The notes beneath the pieces are model-generated. The model was given only the letters and a program-made list of their open reading frames with translations, was not told the origin of the DNA and ran no database searches. A stretch of 64,000 nucleotides of DNA from the sequence record LC667451.1. One strand, 5' to 3'. This document shows, in pieces, positions 1 to 9,916 of this stretch (the first letter of the stretch is position 1; each line of letters starts with the position of its first letter). The position numbers and the translations under genes are program-made.

Positions 1-1596
1 GGTATCCAGTCGCGACGGGTCATCCTGCACCATCACGAGCGGACCATGATCCGTCAGCTTCTTATGGATGTCCGGACGATAGATAAAGTCCAGACGTGCT
101 TGAGCGAGAGCCATAACGTTATCGGCCAACTTGCTCTGGTACCGGCGAACCAGTTCCAGAACCGTGTCCGGTTCCGCGAGTTTAATCACAGCGAATGCAC
201 CGTCAGAGATTCGCTTACCCGGATGTTCTTCTTCCTTGCCGTTGCCGAGATAGTACACACCCGGAATGCAATACTCTTCACAGGTGTTGAAATACATCCG
301 CGGCATGGAAATAAACGGATGTCTTTCCGTGTCGTATTTCCAGTAGCCCTCGGCCTCATCCACAGTCAGATCCGAATAGGCCACAACTGCAGGACCATCC
401 GGATTGAACTGCCATGGCTTGCCGTAGAGCGCCTGCTGGGCCTTCATCACACCGATCGTTGCTGCCTGATCCGCCAACTCGTTGCCGAGATGGTCGTTGT
501 GACCCTTGATCCAGTCGACACGAACTATCACGCCCCGATTCACCAGCACATCACGAGCACTTACCAGCTTCTTCCAGTACTCGCTATTCTTGACCGGAAA
601 TCCGTCGACCTTGATCCAGTTGTTACGAATCCAAGTCGGGACATACTCAGCCAAGCCTTTGCAGACGTATTGGCTGTCCGCTCGAACCTGGACAACCTTG
701 ACGTCGAATTGCGCAGCATGTTCTAGTGCCGCGCTCGCAGCAACGAGCTCTGCGATGTTGTTCGTCACGGGTTCGGCAAACCAACCAAAACCATCGACGT
801 AATTGACCGGGGTCACTTCCAGATACTTCTTCTTGCCCAACGGATTGTCGAGCCAGTGCTGGAAGTCCTCAGGACCCCAGTCCTGATCCTTCTGTTTGTT
901 GTAGTCTGCCTTGGTGTGATACCCGTCGACAGTCAATACATGATCAGGGTTGCCGGAGCCCTTTTTCGGTTTGACAGCACGATAGAGGAAACCATGAATG
1001 CCCCAACCACCAGGGCCGGGATTGGGTCGCGCACCACCGTCGGTGTGGTAAACGATCCCTAGTGGGGCATCGGTGAGCAACTGCGGTTGCTTGCTGACTT
1101 TAGCGAGTTCACCTGGCACGGTGACCGCTTCTTCGTTACTGGACATACGCTGTAATCCTTTCTTTTCTAATCTTACCGAATCAGGCTTGTTCGGACTCGT
1201 CAGACTATCCGCCAGTGCGGTAGAATGTACTTTGCGAACCTGGTTGGCCCTGACCTCATTCAGTAGGTAAGGTTGATCGTGGTGCAGGTCAATGTATTCC
1301 TGCGCGACCTCCTTCGAGACTTGCTGAGGGAGGTTGATGTAGTAGAAATCAAAGGCTCGCTTACCTTCTTTAAATGCACGTTGCAAACCCTTGTTTTCGG
1401 CTACACCCCGTTTCAAAGCACGTAGGTGTTTAAGACGACCTCGGTACAGGTGCTTAGTCTGTCCGAAGAAGACTTCATCAGTCCCAGGGAAGTAAATCGC
1501 GTACACACCCGGCAAAGGAATCCGCTTGCGCAAATCTCCATGGGCATAAAGCGACAGATTGGATTGGAGCCAATCTCGTATCGATGAAGTAGTCAT
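1..1596 (-). CDS. rnhA: Ribonuclease HI with N-terminal degenerate GIY-YIG-like domain; 3' end runs off the window
   Basis: Not in the ORF track because it has no stop in the window; I translated it by hand and found an open frame from ATG 1596 to position 1. RNase H motifs: YHTDGGARPNPGPGGWG, TNNIAELVAA, ADSQYV, WIKGHNDHLGNELAD. An internal ATG at 1146 has an AAAGGA RBS. Confidence 0.9.
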   Translation of the reverse strand, partial: MTTSSIRDWLQSNLSLYAHGDLRKRIPLPGVYAIYFPGTDEVFFGQTKHLYRGRLKHLRALKRGVAENKGLQRAFKEGKRAFDFYYINLPQQVSKEVAQEYIDLHHDQPYLLNEVRANQVRKVHSTALADSLTSPNKPDSVRLEKKGLQRMSSNEEAVTVPGELAKVSKQPQLLTDAPLGIVYHTDGGARPNPGPGGWGIHGFLYRAVKPKKGSGNPDHVLTVDGYHTKADYNKQKDQDWGPEDFQHWLDNPLGKKKYLEVTPVNYVDGFGWFAEPVTNNIAELVAASAALEHAAQFDVKVVQVRADSQYVCKGLAEYVPTWIRNNWIKVDGFPVKNSEYWKKLVSARDVLVNRGVIVRVDWIKGHNDHLGNELADQAATIGVMKAQQALYGKPWQFNPDGPAVVAYSDLTVDEAEGYWKYDTERHPFISMPRMYFNTCEEYCIPGVYYLGNGKEEEHPGKRISDGAFAVIKLAEPDTVLELVRRYQSKLADNVMALAQARLDFIYRPDIHKKLTDHGPLVMVQDDPSRLDT

Positions 1597-1652
1597 GGTT
1601 AAGGGGCGGGCATGTTACAGAACATGACCCTACCCCGTCAAAAAAGCATTTT

Positions 1653-2108
1653 TTACTGCTGATGCTGCCTGACCCAGCGACTGCACTCGGTCATGTAGCG
1701 ACTGCGTTCAGCGTTCTTCTGATCCCGAACTTTGTTGCCGTAAGTGCGCAACTCATCAATGTGGTTGGTTAGCAACGTGATGAGGGCGTCCTTATCTTTC
1801 GGACTCAGCTGCTTCAGCTGATCTGAAGGCAACGCCGGGAGCTCGGGCACCGCCGCCAGTTTTCCCATCGGACACAAGAGTTGCCCCTTCTCATCTCGTG
1901 TCGCGACACCCGGATTGGGATTGACCGTTTCGATCACTTGCGGTTCGGGAGGCGGTGGATCGTCACCAAAGATGCGCTGAAAGAAACCCCGGTCATCTTT
2001 GGTACTCTTCACCTGTCCTTGTCGGTGCGTTTGCTGGTCGTACGTGTTAAAGCTGTTACACCCCGCGAGACCAATGGTCAGCACTATTGCGTATTTTAGG
2101 AATCTCAT
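1653..2108 (-). CDS. Lipoprotein, o-spanin-like candidate
   Basis: Signal peptide with lipobox (LTIGLAG-C), Pro-rich periplasmic part, directly downstream of a single-TM protein. Confidence 0.55.
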   Translation of the reverse strand: MRFLKYAIVLTIGLAGCNSFNTYDQQTHRQGQVKSTKDDRGFFQRIFGDDPPPPEPQVIETVNPNPGVATRDEKGQLLCPMGKLAAVPELPALPSDQLKQLSPKDKDALITLLTNHIDELRTYGNKVRDQKNAERSRYMTECSRWVRQHQQ

Positions 2109-2114
2109 GTTCTT

Positions 2115-2552
2115 CTACCGTTGGCGCCGCTCACGCTGAGCAATTTCGTTGAACCGCGTGAGGGTGGCGTCGTAACTGGACCACTGCTGCACCGTGGCCG
2201 CAGGGACTTCCGGCGCACTCGCCGGAGAGCGGTAGCCAGCGGGCAGTGAGTCAGCAACTTTTGCAGCTGCAATATCCGTCTTCACCTTGGTCGGAGGCGT
2301 GGGCGGTGCATCCTGCTTGGTGTCGTCCGACTTCTTCAAGTCGTCGTACCGGTGCTTCAGGTCTACGTAGTCTGTCGAAATGCGGACAATATTGGGGACC
2401 AGCCAAACGTTTAACATCACCGAGCCAATGATTCCCAGGATCACAAAGACTCGCCCTTTGTTTGTCTTGAGGGCTTCCCGGAGCGTCTTCTTCCCCAGAA
2501 AAAGCTCCTTGAGAAACGGCCACAAGAGCGTAACAGTTTTCCATGCCAGCAT
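2115..2552 (-). CDS. Single-pass membrane protein, i-spanin-like candidate
   Basis: Hydrophobic segment VFVILGIIGSVMLNVWLV followed by a coiled-coil and Pro/Ala-rich region; adjacent to the lipoprotein gene. Confidence 0.45.
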   Translation of the reverse strand: MLAWKTVTLLWPFLKELFLGKKTLREALKTNKGRVFVILGIIGSVMLNVWLVPNIVRISTDYVDLKHRYDDLKKSDDTKQDAPPTPPTKVKTDIAAAKVADSLPAGYRSPASAPEVPAATVQQWSSYDATLTRFNEIAQRERRQR

Positions 2553-2656
2553 GATTACCCCTATTGCTTCATTTTATGCTTAGTCTTATTCTAATAGATT
2601 TCCGACACAATGTCACGCACTGTGTCAACGACCTGTGATTTGCTGGAGAGACCTCG

Positions 2657-3970
2657 ATGTACACTCTGAAAGGTTTTGCGACGCATGGCCTGTTCGCAAA
2701 CAACACGCCGGGTACCACCAATCCGATTGGTGAGCTCTCGACGTTTTCACGCACGTACTCCCAGGATGTCGGGGAATACGTTGACCAAACCAATGCGTCT
2801 AATCTGACGCTGCTATCTTTCCTGAGTGCCACGGATGGTACGCCCCAAGTGGTCGATACCGATCTGGCGACTCGAGTGCTGAAGATCTGTGCCTGGTTCT
2901 ACAACCAGACCCTGCAAAATGCCGGTCAGCTGTACGCCGATCAGTTGCTTGCCGGGGCTCTCACGCAGTTCCAGACGATTGCCAACACGTTCCAATCGGG
3001 CGCGATGGTGACCGACGGAACTCACTGGGTGCCGGAGTGGGTGAGCTGGACGGACCTCGCCAATCCTGGTTCCTTCATCCGCATCTGGCTGGCAGATGGC
3101 AGCTTCCAGTCGCAGTATGACGAGTTCACGATCGTCATTGTGCCGCCGATTACCCCGCTCGACGACTTCTTCAAGGCAGCCTCCTCGGTGCTGGCTGAAG
3201 TGAACGCCGTGACCGTGCCGCAGCTGATGTTGAACATCAACACGGCGAAAGCAGGCAAGCCGGAGTCGGACCTCATCACGATGGTCTATGACTGGAACGA
3301 TCCGAACAACGCCAGCAATCTGATCCCGACGAACTGGACGATCATCCTTTACGGGATGGCGGGCGATAACGTTGACTCGATCAGTGATGCGCTCGAAGCC
3401 TACATCCTGGCTAATAGCTCGCACACCCGTGACGAATGGGTGACGATCTTCCCGGACATCTTCAAGCGCACGGAGTTTACGCTCGTCCCTTTGTGGCAAA
3501 ACGTCGCCATTGCAGGGCGCGCGAGCGGCTCCAGTGATGCGTCGACGGTATACAGCCCCATTGCGAACCTGTCGGCAACGCTTGCGCTGCTTCCCCAGTT
3601 CGCTAGTTATCCTTCTGCTCATATCAATGCTCACGCGAGCTTGATGAGCCACCCGTGGAAGTCGCTGCAGGTGGGGGTGGTCGGTTCGGATCAGAACCGC
3701 AATAGCTGGTTCGAACTGCAGCAAGTGTTCCCGGATCTGATCGATGTGTCCTCGACGTCGACCGACTTCGCCCGCATGAGCCAGGCGACGCAGACGTTCT
3801 TGCTGGCGCTTGCAGTGATGATCCAGACGGCTGAGACGATGACACAGTACTCGAGCATTCCGCTGGGCTACACCAAGCTCATGCGTAACGGCATCCTGTA
3901 CATCGTCTACAACTACGACACGATCGACTATCTGGTCGCTGCCAAGTCGAACTCGCAGTTCGCGTCGTAA
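2657..3970 (+). CDS. phiKZ-like virion structural protein
   Basis: 437-aa ORF with RBS (GGAGAG); N-terminus MYTLKGF...IGELS resembles conserved phiKZ-family structural proteins as I recall them; strong phage codon bias. Confidence 0.55.
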   Translation: MYTLKGFATHGLFANNTPGTTNPIGELSTFSRTYSQDVGEYVDQTNASNLTLLSFLSATDGTPQVVDTDLATRVLKICAWFYNQTLQNAGQLYADQLLAGALTQFQTIANTFQSGAMVTDGTHWVPEWVSWTDLANPGSFIRIWLADGSFQSQYDEFTIVIVPPITPLDDFFKAASSVLAEVNAVTVPQLMLNINTAKAGKPESDLITMVYDWNDPNNASNLIPTNWTIILYGMAGDNVDSISDALEAYILANSSHTRDEWVTIFPDIFKRTEFTLVPLWQNVAIAGRASGSSDASTVYSPIANLSATLALLPQFASYPSAHINAHASLMSHPWKSLQVGVVGSDQNRNSWFELQQVFPDLIDVSSTSTDFARMSQATQTFLLALAVMIQTAETMTQYSSIPLGYTKLMRNGILYIVYNYDTIDYLVAAKSNSQFAS

Positions 3971-3982
3971 TAGGAGCACCCC

Positions 3983-5263
3983 ATGGCCGTTATTACAACC
4001 AGTCTGGTTCCAGACGTCGGCAACAGTGGTGTCTGGAGCCTGACCGCTCCGTACGATGCGTTGATCAATGCAACGGCGTCGTACAAATGTCTGGAAGTCC
4101 GGCAGCTGCAAGGGATTATTGCGGCAGGGGGTGATCCTTACTCCCTGTACTACGTTCCGCAAGAAGGCGACACGCCGGGTTCGCTTAAGGATCAGTACGC
4201 CTCCGATCTGAGTAACGGTGCCTGTATCGTCACCTTGCAATCGAGCTCTGGCTCGGTGGTGTATGTGCCGACGACTTTCATCGCCAGCTTTCCGGCCGGT
4301 GGCGGGATTGCCTATCATGCTCTGATGCTGGCAGTCGACATCGGTGTGTTGCCCGAGTATGTGGATCTCACGTTCTTAAAGCAGCAGATGGCGAACCTGG
4401 TGAAGACCACCGTCGGCTTGCCGAGCGTGGCGATTACGACGGTGGTGGTCTCACCCACGACGAATCTGTCGTTGGACGATCACAACCGTGCTGAAGCGGC
4501 ACGCAAAGCCAACATCACCAACACGGTGACGCCCGAAGCTCAGGTCATCGCGCTGACCAAGCAACTGCAAAGTGTGCAGCAGGCGTATGCGACGCTGGAG
4601 CAGTTTGTTCAGGACAACATCGACAAGCTGAGCGGCACCACACCTCCGGCTAATCCGTCAGATCAACTGGATGCCAGTCTGGTTCCGGCTGGGATCACGC
4701 TGTCCAATGGGAACCTCACGGCGACCAGTACGGCAGCGGGTTGGGAGTCGGTACGCGGTACGGTGGAACACACAGCAGGAAAGTACTATGCAGAAGCCAC
4801 CATCGGCACGCTGGTTGGTTCGGTTGCCTTCGGTATCTGTAACGCCAATCAACTCACCTCCAGTGAGGTGGGGGGTGACACCAATGGCATCTCGATCCAG
4901 ACCTTGCCCGGTGGGGCGGATGCGGGGGTACGCTACAACGGTGCGATTGCACTGGACCTGGGTGTTTCTCCGGCAGCAGGCCAAACCGTCGGCATCGCGA
5001 TCGACCTGAACGCCAAGCTCGCCTGGTTCTACAACCCGGCAACGCAGAAGTGGAACGGCGACGTGATTGCCAACCAGAATCCAGCAACCGGCGTGGGTGG
5101 CTTGCCGTTGGCCTCGATCGCTGTGGCTGCGGGCGCTCCTCAAGCAGTGTATCTGGGTGTCTCGGTAGATGCTGTAACGGACGCGCTGACGATCAATGCC
5201 GGAGCATCGGCGTGGGCCAATGCGCTGCCGTCAGGTTTCAACCCGTGGAACACGGCCTCGTAA
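3983..5263 (+). CDS. Virion protein with C-terminal SPRY/B30.2 (concanavalin-like) domain
   Basis: C-terminal ~200 aa show the SPRY pattern ITLSNGNLTA...GKYYAE...VGIAIDLNAKLAWF...NPATG...INAG...LPSGFNPW; AGGAG RBS. Confidence 0.75.
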   Translation: MAVITTSLVPDVGNSGVWSLTAPYDALINATASYKCLEVRQLQGIIAAGGDPYSLYYVPQEGDTPGSLKDQYASDLSNGACIVTLQSSSGSVVYVPTTFIASFPAGGGIAYHALMLAVDIGVLPEYVDLTFLKQQMANLVKTTVGLPSVAITTVVVSPTTNLSLDDHNRAEAARKANITNTVTPEAQVIALTKQLQSVQQAYATLEQFVQDNIDKLSGTTPPANPSDQLDASLVPAGITLSNGNLTATSTAAGWESVRGTVEHTAGKYYAEATIGTLVGSVAFGICNANQLTSSEVGGDTNGISIQTLPGGADAGVRYNGAIALDLGVSPAAGQTVGIAIDLNAKLAWFYNPATQKWNGDVIANQNPATGVGGLPLASIAVAAGAPQAVYLGVSVDAVTDALTINAGASAWANALPSGFNPWNTAS

Positions 5264-5269
5264 CGAGGG

Positions 5270-5314
5270 CATAGGGGGAGGCTGAGCCTCCCCCAGTATG
5301 TCCCTACTTTTTTT
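5270..5314. terminator. Intrinsic terminator between convergent genes (CATA-stem-TATG)
   Basis: GGGGGAGGCT-G-AGCCTCCCCC stem flanked by GGGCATA/TATGTCCC, followed by T7. Confidence 0.8.
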
Positions 5315-6335
5315 AGTTGTACTTGAGGTTCGGTGCAGTGATCGATTCGGTTGCCTCGATCGTAACCGCCGTGACATTACCCTTGATGTCCAGATCACCC
5401 AGGAGCTCGGCTTCACCCTTGATGCTGATCTTACCCGTGCCATCATTACCCGGCGCAGTGGTCAAGTCACCATTCAGGCCGATGTTGCCTTCATGGATCG
5501 TATCGCCGTTGTGGGTGGTGGTTGCCGTGACGGTCTCCGTCGTCGCCTTCATGGTGCGGCTGGTAGTCTGCTCACTGATGGATTCCGTGGCTTCGATGGA
5601 CCAGGCCTTGGTCTTCCAGTCGATCGAGTCTGCAGCGTAGCCTGTCATGGCTTTCTTGGTGAGGTCCAGGAACGAGCCATCGCCATTCTGGATACGCCAC
5701 TGATTCTGGGTAGAGTCCAGCAGCAACGAATTGTCCAGATCGTCCTTAACCGAGAAGATCCCATTACCTGGATCAATCAGCACTTGATACGAGACCTTCT
5801 CCCCGTTGGCCTTGCCTGTGCTGGTCGAAAGCGTAATGGTCTTCTTGTGTGAACTGAACTCGATGAAGTACGTGTTGGTCATGTCACACGCCTTGTCCTC
5901 GATCACTTCTCCACTGATGGCCCAGACCACGGTTTCCAGACGACGGAACTTCAAGTCATTGCGGGCCGTATTCCAGTAGAACTTGTCCACGTCCCCAAAG
6001 CGATACACCACCACCTCTTCACCCCGCCGTACATTGGGCGGTGTCATACGGTTGGGTTGCCCCAGCGGTAGCCATGTTGCACGGATGGTGCCTGACGAAG
6101 TCATCTGTGTCTGGTACTGAGCCCCTGAGAGGTCTGTACCTTGCGCGGTATCCGTCTGAGCGTTGGTGGTGGTTTCCCCGTCAACCATTGGCGTGTGTTC
6201 GAGCGGCGTGATTTCCAGTTCGAACGAATTGAGTGCCAAGTTCTCCGCAGCTGTCCCGTAGGTGTAGACTTGCAGCTTACTCATCGCTGCTTCGGGTGAG
6301 CTATGCCCCTGAAGAGCTTTAACAAGTTCTTCCAT
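5313..6335 (-). CDS. Baseplate central spike / puncturing protein (gpV/gp5-like)
   Basis: OB-fold-like N-terminus (ATWLPLGQPNRMTPPNVRRGEEVVVYRFGD) followed by beta-strand-rich repeats (HNGDTIHEGNIGLNGDL, IKGEAELLGDLDIKGNVTA); next to SbcC. Confidence 0.6.
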   Translation of the reverse strand: MEELVKALQGHSSPEAAMSKLQVYTYGTAAENLALNSFELEITPLEHTPMVDGETTTNAQTDTAQGTDLSGAQYQTQMTSSGTIRATWLPLGQPNRMTPPNVRRGEEVVVYRFGDVDKFYWNTARNDLKFRRLETVVWAISGEVIEDKACDMTNTYFIEFSSHKKTITLSTSTGKANGEKVSYQVLIDPGNGIFSVKDDLDNSLLLDSTQNQWRIQNGDGSFLDLTKKAMTGYAADSIDWKTKAWSIEATESISEQTTSRTMKATTETVTATTTHNGDTIHEGNIGLNGDLTTAPGNDGTGKISIKGEAELLGDLDIKGNVTAVTIEATESITAPNLKYN

Positions 6336-6409
6336 TTTACAGTCCTGGTAAAAAACACACGGCTAATCCATCGTCTGACGACAGATTACGCTGTGGAAAT
6401 CGAGTAGAA

Positions 6410-8896
6410 ATGCTAATAACTTTGCTTGAGCTGGTGGGTTACAAACGCCTCGCCCTGAATGGGCGAACGCATATTACCATCCGGCCTACCGAACGCATCC
6501 AACTCATTCTCGGCACGAACGGCAGCGGCAAATCCTCTTTGATGAAGGAGTTGACGCCCCTTCCTGCTGAGCCGAAAGAATACAGTAAAGATGGCTCGAA
6601 AACCATAACGATTACTCACCGCGGCAGCAGTTACGTTTTGAAAAGCTGGTTCAGCGAAGGCAACAAGCACAGCTTTATCAAGAACGGTGTGGAACAAAAC
6701 GATGGTCACACCATCACGGTTCAGCGCAAGCTGGTCCAAACCGAATTCGGTATTACCGATGACATTCACGAGTTGCTGCGCAACCTGGTGAAGTTCCACT
6801 CGATGGGACCGACGGATCGTCGTAAGTGGTTCACGATGCTCTCCGACGTGGACTACACCTATGCGATCGGCGTGTACATGCGACTGAAGGAAGCCGCCAG
6901 TGGTTCGACCCACGCGCTCAAGCTGGCGAAGAACAAGCTGGTCTCCGAGACAGCCAAGATTGCCACTGAAGAAGAAGAGCGCAAGCTCGCTATAGAAGTG
7001 GAGCAGCTGTATGGCGAGATCGAAAAGCTGCAACGTCAGCGCGCACCCATCCCGCGTCCCGCCACGTCGTTTATGACGGAACAGGAAGAGTTGCTCGATG
7101 AGCTCTACAGCATCTCGCAGAACCTGTTGCGACACCGGGCGGCCTTCTTTGGCTGGAAGGGTTATGATTCGGTGGAGCAGATCACCGAAGACATTGACCT
7201 GACCAAGCAGGACATTGCGGCCACGCAAGCGCTCCTCGCCAAGTCCGTGGAAGAACACGGTAAGCTCACGGAAAAGCATGAGCTCCTGAAGAAGACCGGC
7301 GCACAGGGTGTCGATGCGCTGTTGCGGCGACTGCATGTCGCTCAAGAGAAACGCAACGAAGTCCTGGGTCAGCGTACGTTGAACCTGGAGGGCTTCCATC
7401 CGGTCAATGCGAACAATGCCTTGGAGTCGATCTTCGAGTTGCTGTTCGCTACCTTCTCGGCGATTCCGCAGAACGATGATCGACGCTTCAGTCAGGCGAA
7501 GAACAACGAGACCAAGGCCAAGATTCTCGAGCGCAAAGACGTGATCCTCCAGAAGCAAAAGGAGATCAACTTCTTTAGCGGCAAGAAGCAACACATGGAG
7601 TCGCACAAGGACGACGGCAATGTCGAGTGTCCGAACTGTCATCACCTGTGGAAGATCGGCTACGATCCGGAAGTGATCAAGAAGTACGAGACGGCCATTA
7701 CCGAGCACACCGACGAGATTGCGAAGATCCAGACTGAGATCAAGCTGCTCGAAGAAGATGTGGAAGGGTTCAATCAGTACGTGAACCTGTACATGGACTT
7801 CAGTCGCTGCGTGAAGAACTGGCCTGCGTTGCAACCGTTCTGGGATTACCTGCTCAATGAAGAGATGGTGGTTCGAGCACCGCGCATCGCTTTGATGAAG
7901 CTGGATCTGCTCAAGAAAGATCTGCTGCTGGAACTGGAAGCCTACAAGCACGAAGGGGAAATCAGCGAGATCAAGGAACTCATCAAACAGGCGGAACAGC
8001 TGGGTGATGCGAACCTGAACGAAGTCACCGAACGACTGGTGGAAGTCACCAAGACGGTGGAAGACCTGACCGTCAAGCTGCAGCGCCTGAACTCCTATCT
8101 GAATTCGAAGATTGCCTATCGCCGTCAGATGTCGGACGTGCAGGAAACCGGCAAGAAGATCGAAGCGATGATCGACAAAGCCGAGACGTGTACGAAAGAG
8201 TTGGTGAAGGTGATTCGTCTCGAAGCCATTCAGAACTGCATCAACGCCTTGCAGCTGAGCCTAGCGCGTAAGAGCGAAGCCTTGCAGGAGATGAAGCTTC
8301 AGAAGGGCATCGTCAACGAGTTGGAAAATACCATTCGCCAATATGCGTTGCGTGAGCAGACGCTAAAGCTGATGGTCAAGGAGATGTCACCGACCGACGG
8401 CTTGATTGCGGAAGGGCTATTGGGCTTCATTCGTCGTTTCGTGAAGCAGATGAACCTGCTCATCAAGAAGATCTGGGCGTATCCGCTGGAGATCCAGCCG
8501 TGCGGAGTGGCAACGGATCGTGGCGCGGAGTTGGACTACAAGTTCCCGCTGATGGTGCAGTCGCGTGCTAACATTGTCGACGATGTCAAGAACGGCAGTA
8601 GTGGCATGCAGGAAGTCGTCGACCTGGCTTTTAAGGTCGTCGGTATGAAGTACCTCGGTCTGGGTGAAGCCCCGCTGATTCTGGATGAGTTCGGTGCGAG
8701 CTTTGATTTGGAGCATCGCACGACGGCTTCGGCCTGTATCAAGAACCTGATGGATACGCAGAACTTCTCGCAGCTGTACATGATCTCACACTACGAAAGT
8801 GGTTACGGTTCATTCACGAATGCGCAGACCTGCGTGCTGGATGCCAAGAACATTACGGTGCCAGCGAAATACAACGAGCATGTCACGATTTACTAA
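6410..8896 (+). CDS. sbcC: SbcC/Rad50-like SMC ATPase
   Basis: Walker A GTNGSGKS, long coiled coils with CPNC zinc hook, signature SSGMQ, Walker B LILDE, D-loop FD, H-loop MISH. Confidence 0.93.
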   Translation: MLITLLELVGYKRLALNGRTHITIRPTERIQLILGTNGSGKSSLMKELTPLPAEPKEYSKDGSKTITITHRGSSYVLKSWFSEGNKHSFIKNGVEQNDGHTITVQRKLVQTEFGITDDIHELLRNLVKFHSMGPTDRRKWFTMLSDVDYTYAIGVYMRLKEAASGSTHALKLAKNKLVSETAKIATEEEERKLAIEVEQLYGEIEKLQRQRAPIPRPATSFMTEQEELLDELYSISQNLLRHRAAFFGWKGYDSVEQITEDIDLTKQDIAATQALLAKSVEEHGKLTEKHELLKKTGAQGVDALLRRLHVAQEKRNEVLGQRTLNLEGFHPVNANNALESIFELLFATFSAIPQNDDRRFSQAKNNETKAKILERKDVILQKQKEINFFSGKKQHMESHKDDGNVECPNCHHLWKIGYDPEVIKKYETAITEHTDEIAKIQTEIKLLEEDVEGFNQYVNLYMDFSRCVKNWPALQPFWDYLLNEEMVVRAPRIALMKLDLLKKDLLLELEAYKHEGEISEIKELIKQAEQLGDANLNEVTERLVEVTKTVEDLTVKLQRLNSYLNSKIAYRRQMSDVQETGKKIEAMIDKAETCTKELVKVIRLEAIQNCINALQLSLARKSEALQEMKLQKGIVNELENTIRQYALREQTLKLMVKEMSPTDGLIAEGLLGFIRRFVKQMNLLIKKIWAYPLEIQPCGVATDRGAELDYKFPLMVQSRANIVDDVKNGSSGMQEVVDLAFKVVGMKYLGLGEAPLILDEFGASFDLEHRTTASACIKNLMDTQNFSQLYMISHYESGYGSFTNAQTCVLDAKNITVPAKYNEHVTIY

Positions 8897-8918
8897 TTCT
8901 TAAAAGGAAAGAAGGACC

Positions 8919-9848
8919 ATGAGTCACGAGCATCAAGAAGTCGATCCGGCAGAAGCGACCCTCGACCCGCTGGCACTGCTCAAGCATCGTTTGGGTAAGC
9001 AACAAGCCGCGCTGCACAACCTGCTGCATCTCACGGAGAACCTGGTGGGGGCCGTGATGGCCGACATCTCGTACTCGCTGTCGGTGATCGAAGCAATCGA
9101 AGCGCATCTGCCTGCCGAAAAGCGCGCGGCCGCACAAGCTGGTGTTCCGGCACGTTCGGCACCTACGGTGGCGAATGCCGCCAGCACGCCGGGCAACCAC
9201 GTGAACCCGACGAACCTGCCGCCCAAGCGACTGTCGCCGATCCAGCAGGCTGCGGAAAGCGCACAAGCTGCGATGAGCGATACGCTCGCTGCCCTGAAGT
9301 CGCACGAAACGGGAGTTCCGGCGGGTCGCCCGCAAGCGCCGATTTCGGCTTCGGGTGCGCATCGCAAGCCGACGGTGGAAGGCAGCGCGGCGGCAGGTCC
9401 GACGCCGGTTGCGGCAGCCACCCCGGCGAATGAAGTCGACTACTTCGGCCACTTCTTCGGCACCGGTTCGATCTTCGCGAAGTTCCTCTCGCCGACGGTG
9501 TTCACCACCGGCCGCGGTTTCGTGGCTCCGGAATACGCGGGCCTGAAGCAGTACACGCAAGACGTCACCACGCTCTCGCCGCGTGACCTGGAAGTCAACC
9601 AGTGGCCCAACGGCTTCTACCGTGACGAGACCTCGCGTCTGGGTCAACTGTTCCTGCGTAACAGCAAGGCACAAGTGATCGTCACCAACCTGCCGCATGG
9701 CGATGGTCCGATCTATGTGTCGTTCGCACCGTTCGAACAACGCGTCGACATCCGTACGCTCTCGCAGGATCAACTCGCAATGGTCTGGGGCATGGCTCAC
9801 GCCCAGTTCCTCGCCTTCGTTCGTGCTGCTGGCGATACGCCCGCTTAA
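8919..9848 (+). CDS. Hypothetical protein with Ala/Pro-rich linker
   Basis: 309-aa ORF with AAGGA RBS and typical codon usage; no recognisable motif. Confidence 0.7.
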   Translation: MSHEHQEVDPAEATLDPLALLKHRLGKQQAALHNLLHLTENLVGAVMADISYSLSVIEAIEAHLPAEKRAAAQAGVPARSAPTVANAASTPGNHVNPTNLPPKRLSPIQQAAESAQAAMSDTLAALKSHETGVPAGRPQAPISASGAHRKPTVEGSAAAGPTPVAAATPANEVDYFGHFFGTGSIFAKFLSPTVFTTGRGFVAPEYAGLKQYTQDVTTLSPRDLEVNQWPNGFYRDETSRLGQLFLRNSKAQVIVTNLPHGDGPIYVSFAPFEQRVDIRTLSQDQLAMVWGMAHAQFLAFVRAAGDTPA

Positions 9849-9866
9849 GTCGTCACGCTTCGGCGT

Positions 9867-9913
9867 CATAACCCCCAACCCGCCCGATGTCTTGGGTAGG
9901 TTGGGGGTTTATG
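9867..9913. terminator. Stem-loop between convergent genes (CATA-stem-TATG)
   Basis: ACCCCCAACC...GGTTGGGGGT arms flanked by CATA and TATGCCG. Confidence 0.7.
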
Positions 9914-9916
9914 CCG

